Positions 36,165 to 45,300 of a DNA stretch of 64,000 nt are shown here, piece after piece. The DNA is from a virus: positions 952 to 64,951 of the IMG/VR virus record IMGVR_UViG_3300050821_003720. One strand, 5' to 3'. Position numbers and translations under genes: made by a program. The notes beneath the pieces were generated by a model. The model worked only from the letters and a program-made list of their open reading frames with translations. It searched no databases and was not told where the DNA came from. Numbering within the stretch: the first letter of the stretch is position 1; the number at the start of each line of letters is the position of its first letter.

Positions 36165-37624
36165 AAACTAAATTACCGTTAACGTTACTAGCATTGCTGT
36201 CTTTCGTTCTATTCTCAGGATTTACCTGCCCACCTATCAATGGCACCGGATTAGGCACTTGCTTTCTAAATGGTGAAGGCACTGGGTGTGTTGGCGGCGC
36301 ACCGCCATCTACTGTACAAGCACAGGAGGCCCAAGGCCGAGGCGGTTTTGACGTTTACACTGAATTTGAAATTGTGGACATTCCAGAAGTTTTCCGTGCC
36401 GATGCAATAAACGGTGTAACTGGAAAGTTCTACCAGTCAGGCGGTACAACCTACGGCAGTGAAACAACGTTTGGTCCGACAACGTCGGGTGCTCAAGTGG
36501 GAGTCACACCGCCAGCTGTTACTGTCAACTCGGGTTTAATTATATCAGCTGACGGTATGACTCCGGGGCAATGGTTTTTTACGTGGGGTACGACAGGCAC
36601 CGGTTATAATTCACAGTGGGCCGGATACCTTCAAAAAACGTTCGGACCACTACAAGATGAATCCGGTAAGCAGTATCCGCAATTTTGCAACGGTGGAGGA
36701 TACGTTGCGTTAACTAATGTGGATGTGGCCGATACGGTTAGTTTTGTATGCATACTCACATCTTGCGGCTGCAAGACGCAACTTGCGGGAGTAATCACGC
36801 CTAGCAATATCGTACAGCCACTTGTTGAAGAAGCTGGAAATTTTGTCGACCTAATTGTAACACCTAACCAGCGCCCATCCGGAGGATTCGTACAAAGTCA
36901 AACAGGTGTTATGATCTTTGACGCCTCTGGTAAAGAACAAAATTGTTTCGGATACAATGGGTCTTGTCGTGCTTTAACCGTCGGCGGTACGGGAAATGGT
37001 CAGATAACCATTCCTGCCGGTTGGTTTGCTTATGCTGATGATGAAGAGCCGGGAGATTACTACGCACAAATTCAAACACTTGTTAATGGAACATGGAAAA
37101 ACTTTGACACCTTCGGATTTGAAATTCGCCTAGGTGGAGTTCCCGTTTTCCGCTCCTACTCTCCTAGTCACGGCACACACTACTGGAGTCAAACACGTGA
37201 CGAAGGAAGTATCTGGCCATATGATTACAGATATGAAGGGATCGGTTTTTGGTCTTATGACCATGGGGTAGCCTTTCAGCCAGCAGGTAGTGCTTTGTCA
37301 CTATATAGAATGTCGTGCTGCAATAACGGCTATCCGTCAAACGGTGCGTGGCTACTAACCGACAACAGCACTGAGATACAAAATGCGGAGAACGTAGGGT
37401 GGATACCAGCAGGACTAGTTGGTAACATTATGCCTACACAAAATACTTATTGTGGTGGCATCAGTCCGTGTTACACGCCACTTGTACCTCTCTATCGCAT
37501 ATACATAGAGACTAACGGCAATTCCAACTTTTTCTACACAGCTAATTACACCGAATATCAATACGACATAACGCATGGCTGGATTAGTCAAGGAATTCAA
37601 GGGTACGTTCCTACTCAACCGTAA
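36161..37624 (+). CDS. large secreted Gly/Thr-rich protein (signal peptide; Cys-containing)
   Basis: MKTKLPLTLLALLSFVLFSGFTCPP signal peptide. 487 aa, G/T/N-rich. Confidence 0.5.
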   Translation: MKTKLPLTLLALLSFVLFSGFTCPPINGTGLGTCFLNGEGTGCVGGAPPSTVQAQEAQGRGGFDVYTEFEIVDIPEVFRADAINGVTGKFYQSGGTTYGSETTFGPTTSGAQVGVTPPAVTVNSGLIISADGMTPGQWFFTWGTTGTGYNSQWAGYLQKTFGPLQDESGKQYPQFCNGGGYVALTNVDVADTVSFVCILTSCGCKTQLAGVITPSNIVQPLVEEAGNFVDLIVTPNQRPSGGFVQSQTGVMIFDASGKEQNCFGYNGSCRALTVGGTGNGQITIPAGWFAYADDEEPGDYYAQIQTLVNGTWKNFDTFGFEIRLGGVPVFRSYSPSHGTHYWSQTRDEGSIWPYDYRYEGIGFWSYDHGVAFQPAGSALSLYRMSCCNNGYPSNGAWLLTDNSTEIQNAENVGWIPAGLVGNIMPTQNTYCGGISPCYTPLVPLYRIYIETNGNSNFFYTANYTEYQYDITHGWISQGIQGYVPTQP

Positions 37625-37639
37625 ATCAAAGGAGAGCAC

Positions 37640-38146
37640 ATGAGAAAATTAGTCCCGATTCTCCCGTTTGTTATCTTGAGTATATTTTTTATCCCGGCAT
37701 TTACTCAGCCTGCCGTGGTGAATCTTAGTCCGTATGATGTTCCTGCGTATCGGCAAGCTTTCTTCGATGCAGCTAAAATCTACGGCAAGGCAGGTTGTGG
37801 TAATATAACTCTTGCTGAAATGACAGCCGAGAACTCACTCAAAACTGGAGTACCGGCAAATTTGATCGCAGCTATAGTCAGTGTAGAAAGTTCCTGTAAC
37901 CCACTGGCGATCAGTAAAAAGGGCGCTGTAGGCTTAATGCAAATCAACGTTGACGTACAATCCAAAGCGTACGATTTCTCATTGATTAACCTGTTTAACT
38001 CTAGACAAAGCATGGAAATCGGAACGAAGATATTAGCTGGTATGATCAAGCAATACGGTATGAAATCCGGCATCCAACATTACGACGGCGTCGGAGAGGA
38101 AGCTGATGCCTATGTTATTAAGGTGTTGGCACTAGCAGGCAAATGA
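37640..38146 (+). CDS. lytic transglycosylase (SLT domain) with signal peptide
   Basis: Signal-peptide-like N-terminus. ESSCNPLAISKKGAVGLMQI is typical of an SLT catalytic region. SD AAGGAG. Confidence 0.65.
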   Translation: MRKLVPILPFVILSIFFIPAFTQPAVVNLSPYDVPAYRQAFFDAAKIYGKAGCGNITLAEMTAENSLKTGVPANLIAAIVSVESSCNPLAISKKGAVGLMQINVDVQSKAYDFSLINLFNSRQSMEIGTKILAGMIKQYGMKSGIQHYDGVGEEADAYVIKVLALAGK

Positions 38147-38310
38147 AACCTTTAAAAGATATGACCACAGATGAACTTGTAAGTTATGTCGCAGGTAGAC
38201 TGATCATATCTATCGGTCGAGGCGATTTCCGCAGTGAAGTAGCTCTTTGGGTTCTCTCGTTGCAACAATTAGGAAGTGATAACGCCAAGAAAAACGTTAA
38301 GAAAAGATGA
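38143..38310 (+). CDS. small hypothetical protein (55 aa)
   Basis: ATGA overlap with the SLT gene. Below the ORF track cut-off. Confidence 0.3.
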   Translation: MKPLKDMTTDELVSYVAGRLIISIGRGDFRSEVALWVLSLQQLGSDNAKKNVKKR

Positions 38311-38377
38311 GTAATATTCTTGAGTTCCTGTTCTGTCCGATTCACGGTATCTTCCGACCGGATAACATTGCTCCACT

Positions 38378-38617
38378 ATGGGCGACTATTCAAGTAGGAG
38401 CATCACATTTGCGAATTTACTTGACAAAATGGTTCGGCATATGAGAGAAGAATTGCATAAAGCTGGAATTACTTTTGACGGACACGTAACAAATGGGAGC
38501 CTCAACGCTCAAATAAAAACCATTGTTGCATTCTTAGAATCCGAACGGGGTCCTGATGGGGGAGCAGAGTACACTAAAGAAGATTTTGACAATATGATAG
38601 AAAGGATTAAAGCATGA
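38378..38617 (+). CDS. hypothetical protein
   Basis: 79 aa ORF. The true start may be at a downstream ATG. Confidence 0.35.
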   Translation: MGDYSSRSITFANLLDKMVRHMREELHKAGITFDGHVTNGSLNAQIKTIVAFLESERGPDGGAEYTKEDFDNMIERIKA

Positions 38618-39087
38618 CTAGCATCAAACAGTTTTATCTTTTGAAATTAATAGAAGAATGTTCCGAAGTAGCTCAACAAGCTGCTAAACAAATGCAATTC
38701 GGACATTTCTCAACAAGTCAGACAACTGGCAAGAGATATGATAATACAGCGTTGTTACGTGCTGAAGTTAACGATATTCTCGCCACGCTAGATGTACTAA
38801 TGGACCTAGGAGAACTTCCCGAAATTTCTCCACAAGAATTGCTTGAAGCTAAAAATAAGAAACGAAATCGAATCATGGAGTATTTACGGCACTCACAAGC
38901 ACTCGGTCTAGTTGAAAAAGATTATCAAAAACTTGAACGGAGATATTGCGGTTGTAGAGAGTATCCTGATGGAGACGCTTGTCTTCTGCCGAATAATCAC
39001 GATGGTCCGCATGGCTGGCAAATGCAGCCTTGCGCTGTTCACCACTGGATTCAACCATGCCCGGTGTGCAGAGAATTTAAAAAATAA
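38614..39087 (+). CDS. MazG-like nucleotide pyrophosphohydrolase-like N-terminal domain + C-terminal Cys-rich zinc-binding tail
   Basis: LLKLIEECSEVAQ ... EVNDILATLDVL (ExxE...E..D pattern). C-terminus CGCREYPDGDAC ... C..C. Confidence 0.4.
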   Translation: MTSIKQFYLLKLIEECSEVAQQAAKQMQFGHFSTSQTTGKRYDNTALLRAEVNDILATLDVLMDLGELPEISPQELLEAKNKKRNRIMEYLRHSQALGLVEKDYQKLERRYCGCREYPDGDACLLPNNHDGPHGWQMQPCAVHHWIQPCPVCREFKK

Positions 39088-39089
39088 AC

Positions 39090-39118
39090 TTGACAAGCTA
39101 TCTAGAGCGTGCTATTCT
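39090..39118 (+). promoter_or_regulatory. sigma70-like promoter of the repeated family upstream of the integrase gene (AAAATAAAC-TTGACA-17nt-TATTCT)
   Basis: TTGACA 39090-39095 and TATTCT 39113-39118. ATG 39125 follows. Confidence 0.5.
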
Positions 39119-39124
39119 TTGTTT

Positions 39125-40048
39125 ATGAAGCTAAGCGAACAGTCTGAAAGGTTCATCCGTCAAATCGCTAACCGAAAGCGTGCCCCCGCCCGTTTAGCTA
39201 CGCTAAAGACCTTCCAAAACCGGTTAGATAGTGTCATCCTTCCTAGACTTGGCGAGATGGACCTTAAAGACATTGAAAATGGCGTCGTACGGCAGTTCAT
39301 AGCCGACATTTCACAAGAGTTGGCTCCGAGCACCGTAACAGCTACCCTCAGTCTCCTGAAGGCTGTAGTAGCGTCTGCCGTAGACGAAAACGGCAACCGG
39401 ACATATAACCGGACCTGGAATGCTGACTTTATCGATGCCCCTTTGATCTCTAAGGCGAACCTAAATGCTCCGATAATGCCCTCTGGGACGCTACAGGAAG
39501 CTCTAGGACAGGCGCAGGAAGCGGATAAGGCACTCTACAGCCTATTAGCCGGAACGGGGCTTAGAATCGGCGAGGCGCTGGCTTTAGGAACAGGACAGGG
39601 AACCGGTCTAAACATCTGGAATCCGGATAAGGCTACTTTGAGCATTCGGAGCACTGTTTTGCAAAACGGGGAAATTCAACCGATGCCTAAGACTGAAGCA
39701 GGCATACGAGAGGTCGATATTCATCCAGAATTAAATTCCTTCCTGCGACGTAGACCCATAGAGAGTGGCTTATTGTTTCAAAATGACAGTAAGCCACTGG
39801 TCTACTCGACGGTGCTTCGACGGATGCACAAGCTTGGAATTAAAGAGGCATTTCATGCTTTCCGTCGCTTCCGTGTGACACATCTTGAAGCTAATAATGT
39901 GCCGCATACTCTGATTCAATTTTGGACCGGTCATGCTGCCGGAGACATAACAGATCGATACACTCGGATCGGCTCCGATATACAAGTCCGAAAAGAATGG
40001 TGCGAAAAAGCCGGTCTAGGATTCCAACTTACACAGGAGAAAATATGA
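39125..40048 (+). CDS. int: tyrosine recombinase/integrase
   Basis: N-terminal SAM-like domain. Box I Arg in LLAGTGLRIGEALAL. Box II HAFRRFRVTH ... GHAAGDITDRYTRI with the catalytic Tyr. Start set at ATG 39125; the track ORF starts at 38912 inside the previous gene. Confidence 0.85.
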   Translation: MKLSEQSERFIRQIANRKRAPARLATLKTFQNRLDSVILPRLGEMDLKDIENGVVRQFIADISQELAPSTVTATLSLLKAVVASAVDENGNRTYNRTWNADFIDAPLISKANLNAPIMPSGTLQEALGQAQEADKALYSLLAGTGLRIGEALALGTGQGTGLNIWNPDKATLSIRSTVLQNGEIQPMPKTEAGIREVDIHPELNSFLRRRPIESGLLFQNDSKPLVYSTVLRRMHKLGIKEAFHAFRRFRVTHLEANNVPHTLIQFWTGHAAGDITDRYTRIGSDIQVRKEWCEKAGLGFQLTQEKI

Positions 40049-40224
40049 AACGAGTATTTAGTGTCCGTTTAAAAAATAAGAGCACTAGTTACCCTGATGA
40101 CACGATTCACTATTGGGTGCTGGCTAAAACTGCTCAGGAAGCGGCAAGTAAAGCGTTAAAGAAAACTGGATCAATTTATCGAATTACTGAAGTAAAAGAT
40201 GAAGGAACTATAGACATATATTAA
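40046..40224 (+). CDS. small hypothetical protein (59 aa) directly downstream of the integrase
   Basis: ATGA overlap with the integrase stop. Confidence 0.3.
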
Positions 40225-40261
40225 AAATTTAAATCGCTGTTAAACAAAGAGAGGAAAATAA

Positions 40262-41149
40262 ATGGGCATACTATTTGCAATTCTGTTCATCGTGGGACTC
40301 GTGCTAGCCGTGACGCTTCCCATTGTTACATTCGTTCAGACAGAAAAAGTTAAACTGGGCAAAAGCCTACCGGGAGTCGGCTTAGCTCTATTCTTCCTTA
40401 GCTTGGCTCTGTCTTTCACTACAATCGATGCTGGCAGTGTCGGTATTGTCAAACGATTCGGACAAGCCACACGCCAACTACAACCAGGAGCACACTTTGT
40501 CCTGCCTTATGCAGACACCGTTACTCCTGTGGCAGTACAAACTAGAATTGTCAAGCCAAGTGAAGAGGCTTCGAGCCGTGATCTTCAAATGGTTAATTTT
40601 GAAGTTACGTTCGCTTATCACGTTGACTCAGCACATGCGACGGAAATCCTGACTCAATTGAACGATGATGCTGAATCCCGTGTGATCACTCCAGCTATTC
40701 TTGAAGCTATCAAGTCTGTCACAGCACAATATGACGTGCAAGAATTAGTTGGCAAACGACCAGAAGTTCGAGATAAGATCGAATCATTCGTCAAAACTCG
40801 ACTACTTCCTTATCACATCGTGGCGGAAACTGTCAGCATCACTAACTTCAAGTTCTCTGAGCAGTACGAACAGAGTATTGAAGCTAAGGTGACTGCTCAA
40901 CAGAATGCTGAGAAAGCCTTGAACGATCTACAGCGTATTAAGACTGAAGCGCAACAAAAGATCGAACAAGCTAAGGGAGAAGCCGAAGCATTGAAGTCTC
41001 AGAAGGAACAGATCACTCCTGAACTTCTTCAGCTTCGTACAATTGAAATGATGTCAAAGAATTGGGACGGTCATCTGCCGACTACTATCGTTGGTGGTAA
41101 CGGAGCACTCCCAATGTTGGATGTTCTAGAAGCGGCACGGAAGAAGTAG
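40262..41149 (+). CDS. SPFH/band-7 (HflK/HflC/stomatin-like) membrane protein
   Basis: N-terminal TM helix, then VDAGSVGIVKRFGQATRQLQPGAHFVLPYADTV ... a coiled-coil C-terminus. SD GAGAGGAAAA. Confidence 0.75.
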   Translation: MGILFAILFIVGLVLAVTLPIVTFVQTEKVKLGKSLPGVGLALFFLSLALSFTTIDAGSVGIVKRFGQATRQLQPGAHFVLPYADTVTPVAVQTRIVKPSEEASSRDLQMVNFEVTFAYHVDSAHATEILTQLNDDAESRVITPAILEAIKSVTAQYDVQELVGKRPEVRDKIESFVKTRLLPYHIVAETVSITNFKFSEQYEQSIEAKVTAQQNAEKALNDLQRIKTEAQQKIEQAKGEAEALKSQKEQITPELLQLRTIEMMSKNWDGHLPTTIVGGNGALPMLDVLEAARKK

Positions 41150-41199
41150 ATGAGGAAAAGGGGCCGGAGCCATCCGGCTCCGATCCCAGAAGGACTAAA

Positions 41200-41520
41200 A
41201 TGATAGAAGGAATTGTCTGGACAAAGAAGGATGACAGGTGGGAAATGACCGATAACTGGCCTGCTGGTAGCCGCAGTGCCCGAATTATTATAGATGATCA
41301 ACCTGAGGCATTTGGTAATTACAGTCAGTCCGAAGCTATGAGAATTATCGCTGACGCTATAGTAAAGAAACAGACTAAGGATCACTATAAATACACGATC
41401 ATTCCAGGCAAAGAAATGACGCAGGAATCGAAAGAAAAGTTAGTTGAATTTACAAAACGAAAGAAGCAGGAACGTGGTGAGATCGAGCCTGTAGAATCTT
41501 ACATTTCAAAGGAAGAGTAA
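41200..41520 (+). CDS. hypothetical protein
   Basis: 106 aa ORF. Confidence 0.4.
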   Translation: MIEGIVWTKKDDRWEMTDNWPAGSRSARIIIDDQPEAFGNYSQSEAMRIIADAIVKKQTKDHYKYTIIPGKEMTQESKEKLVEFTKRKKQERGEIEPVESYISKEE

Positions 41521-41708
41521 TGGAAACTTATACCCTAAGATTGTTTTACAATGGCCAGCGGGAGATTCAAGAAGAGGAATTTCAAGCGGCCAGTCTGACA
41601 GCGGCCCACACATACGCTGTTGATACGACGAAACAATTTCGAGCAAATCATTTTAACATCAATTTAGGAAAGATTGAGCGAGAGGAATATGGAAAACAAA
41701 GGCGGTGA
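41520..41708 (+). CDS. hypothetical protein
   Basis: 62 aa ORF with ATGG overlap. Confidence 0.35.
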   Translation: METYTLRLFYNGQREIQEEEFQAASLTAAHTYAVDTTKQFRANHFNINLGKIEREEYGKQRR

Positions 41709-41890
41709 TGTATTAGCTAGCGGTGGAATTAAGTGTCAATTTCCCCCCGCAGGAGGCGGCGTTACTCAAAAACGTTGGGATGAAATGTGGAAGGATTACG
41801 TTCCTGAGAAGAGTTTCATTAAACCAAAACGTAAAAGAAAACAATAAATGCACGATTGATTGTACTCGTAACAGAAACAAAGGAGTTAGC

Positions 41891-42283
41891 ATGGGCAAAC
41901 CAAAATTTGAAATCGGGCAAGTAGTCATCGAATACGGAACGACTCAGAGAACTATATTGAGACGATTGCATGACGTACACGACGGCTGGATTTATGACGT
42001 GGGAGACGGAATCCGCTGGCGATTTGAAGAGGTTCTAAGTCCTGTGCTAGACGGTGAAAACGAAAGGCACGCTGATTGCACCGGAGGAAACGTGAAAGCC
42101 TTCAATAAGGAGTGTGACTGTTCAGACCGATACAGCATTTCGATATCCGACGAGGCTATTTGCGAACTCTGTGGACGAGGGTTCTGTAGCACGAAATGCG
42201 GCTGGATAGAAGGGCACACGACAAGAGACGGAAAGCCCTGTCAAGGCAGATGGAAAACCGTTTTTGTGAAACAAGTATTTTGA
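41891..42283 (+). CDS. hypothetical Cys-rich protein
   Basis: SD AAAGGAG. Start chosen at MGKPKFEIG. Multiple Cys clusters. Confidence 0.45.
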   Translation: MGKPKFEIGQVVIEYGTTQRTILRRLHDVHDGWIYDVGDGIRWRFEEVLSPVLDGENERHADCTGGNVKAFNKECDCSDRYSISISDEAICELCGRGFCSTKCGWIEGHTTRDGKPCQGRWKTVFVKQVF

Positions 42284-42313
42284 AAAGTATCGAACACGCA
42301 ATTGATTGTAATT

Positions 42314-45300
42314 TTAAGAAGCCTTTCTTTGAGCAGCCTGTCTATATTGTTCTCGGCTCTTTTCTAACTGTTGTTGAACAGCTTCTTTTGTAACCTTATC
42401 AACTGGTAGCGCCAAAGTCGATCCAGATGTAGGATCGTGAAATAAAGCCATATCCGGAATATTCAATTCTTTATCACCCTTCCAAATTCCGCCCGGTATG
42501 GCACCAGCTTCCTTGATCGGAGTATCATACTGACCGGTTGTTCGCTCCGGAGGCAAAACTTCCGTTGTTTCGAGATTCACCAGAGTACCAGTAGGGCCAG
42601 TTCCTTTTGGCGGTGGCTTATACGGATGCCGCAAAGATTCGAATAACTCTCTCTTAAAAGCCTCTTCATCAGTTTCTTTTACTTCGTCGGCGGTAGTTCC
42701 CGCAGCTTTTTCTGTATCGCTTGCCGCAACACTCGTCTCTCTGTCGGATTCGCCTGCCGGATTGTGTTCCGTACCGACTCCATGAGTTCCTTCAGGGTTG
42801 TTTGCATTTTTTCCTCTCAAACTATCTAATCTATCTTTAAATTCCATCAAACGGATTGTACTGTAATGATGTGACTCAGGAAGACCACGTTCTCGTGTAT
42901 CCGAAAATTCATTAATAAGATTTTCTACATCTGGGTCCGACAGGGTAGCCTTAGCTCGTGTTATTCCCCACTCAATAAACTTATCTTTTTCTTCTTCTGA
43001 CAAACCAAGCAAATCTAATGCATCTTTAACTTCCTTAAGATCGGCTCCTAGAGCTTTATTATCTTCTATCTTAACACCGTCGTATAATTCATTCGCAGCA
43101 CCGCCAGCTAAATACATAGATAAAACATCAGGAAGGTGTTCTCTTAGTCCTCTAGGCTCTAATGTGCCATCCGATCTTTTAACTAAATCCTCAGGTAAGC
43201 TAACACGTAAAGCAGCTATCGTTCGAGGCTGAGCAGCCGCATGTTCACCGCTAATAATATCGTGAACTTCAAAACCGGCCATGTGTGCTAATACAGCATG
43301 AGCTAATTCATGATTCAGAATGGCTTTTGTATCTAATCCTGTCTGACTTTTAATTTCACCAGGATACTCAAATCTTGATCCTTCGCCAACGTCAATATAA
43401 TGAGTTTGCACTAATTTCGGCGCAGGCTCAGCTGCGCCCTGCCCTTTTGGGCGTTTAAAGCCCTCGGGAATAGCCCCACCAAATATTCTCTCAATTTGAT
43501 GCTGTGCTGCATCTTTTTCAACAGACGTAGCCGTAGGGTCATTCAGAGCTTCTCTAAGTTTATTAATATATCCGCTGATCTTTTCTAGTTGTTCCGGTCG
43601 CATTTCCAAAGGCGTAGCTCCACCTTGATTCATACCGAATACTTCAGGTGGACCGAAAGGAACTTCCTGCTGTCCCTTAGGAGCAGGAGCTTCCGGACGC
43701 TGAATTCTTCCTCTGATCCGCTGTTCTTCCGGAGTCTCTGTAACGAACTTATCCGCTTCCGGATGATTCAAAGCACGATCAAGCAACTCTGATCGAGTCA
43801 AATCCTCAGGAACTTCTGGCGGCGGAAGAAGCTTTTCTCCGGCTTCTCTTCCTAGATAAGCTCCAGCCGCAGCACCCAAAGCACCGGATTTAGAACCCGC
43901 TAAAGCACCGGCAACCGGAGCTACGCCTCGTGCTACTCTACGTGTTAAAGATTCTTCAGGTGCTTCCGGTGCCGTTCCCTTAACCTGCTGATCAGCACCG
44001 TAAACCTTATCCAACATAGCGTTCTTAAACGAAATTAAGTTACCGATAATGTCTCGACGGAAATCACGTGCAGTAACGCCTTTATCCAAACCGTGAGCGT
44101 CAATCGTATCGTAAACTCCATCTCTGAGCACATCTTTTGCTACTTGCAAAGCGGCGTACTTAGGATCGACGTTTTCAATTCGAACTTGTTGATAATCCGG
44201 TTTCTTTTCTATCGCCGTTGTTTGATCATTCAACTGCCGACGAATTCTGTCTGCATCGCTAACCGTCACGGACTTGCCCTTAATTAAACCAAATTTTTCC
44301 AATTCGTCCATAGCCTTATCAACGAATCCAGACTCGGCGTAATTTCTAGAATCTAATTCATTCTTAACTTCATCCCAAACACTCACGGGTTTGTTATTCT
44401 TTAAGATAGGCTCATCTGGAACCTGCTTAATAGCCTGTTCCATAACCTTATCTTCAGCTTTGGTAATTTGGCTCTGGAGAGCTTCTGCCGCCTCTGTAGG
44501 ATCATGTATGGTATTTAGCTTGTGTTCAGCCGCAAGAGCGTTATAAGCGACCTGAGGTGCCTTCTCAGCATCATAAGGATTGGTCTTAGAAGGCGGAAAA
44601 GCAGCTTTCAAATCCTCGATAGGATTCGACTTTACTTCTGCTTCGGGTGCTGTTAATTTGCCCTTAACAGCCGCAGCCGCTTTGCCTGGAGCTTCTTTAA
44701 CTGCTGTAACCGTCTTACCAGCTACTTCAGCAACCTTTCCGGCGACAGCACGATCTGTCGGAGAAGCAACTTCCAGCGGCTTACCAGCCATATCGTACAT
44801 ACCAGCGACAGTCAACGCACCGCTAAGCAAAAGATGAGTTCCTTCATACAAAACTTTCGAAGAGTCACCCTTATCCCAAGCTTTCTTAACCTCAGGGAAC
44901 CGATTGTACATATCTACAATCTGTTGTGAAGTCAAGCCGAGATTCGCCAACTGATGCACTGCATAAATTTTTGCCGCAGAATCTATCATTCCTAAACCAC
45001 CAGATGCGGCAATCAAACCAAGATTAATCGGAGAAGTCATTCCTTCAGCGAATTCTAATCCAGCTTTCAAGATCGGATGTTTCTGTCCGTCAATTTGTTC
45101 TGAACCTTTTGTCAACGAAGCGGTAGCCATCTTCTTATAACCTTGGGCCGCTTGCTTAGCTCCACCGACAATATCTCCCTGAAGCATTCGACGAATACCC
45201 TCACCGGCTGCAGGAGCTTCTCCTAGAACAGTACCGGGACCGGCTACTTCCTGCTTCAGTTGTTCAATAATCCCCTGTTGTTTCTGAACATCTTCAGGAA

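Noticed and set aside
38912-39124. N-terminal 71 codons of the track ORF 38912..40048 as part of the integrase
   Set aside because: This segment overlaps the MazG-like gene in another frame and contains the family promoter (39090-39118). The integrase domain begins after ATG 39125, so the upstream extension is not coding for int.
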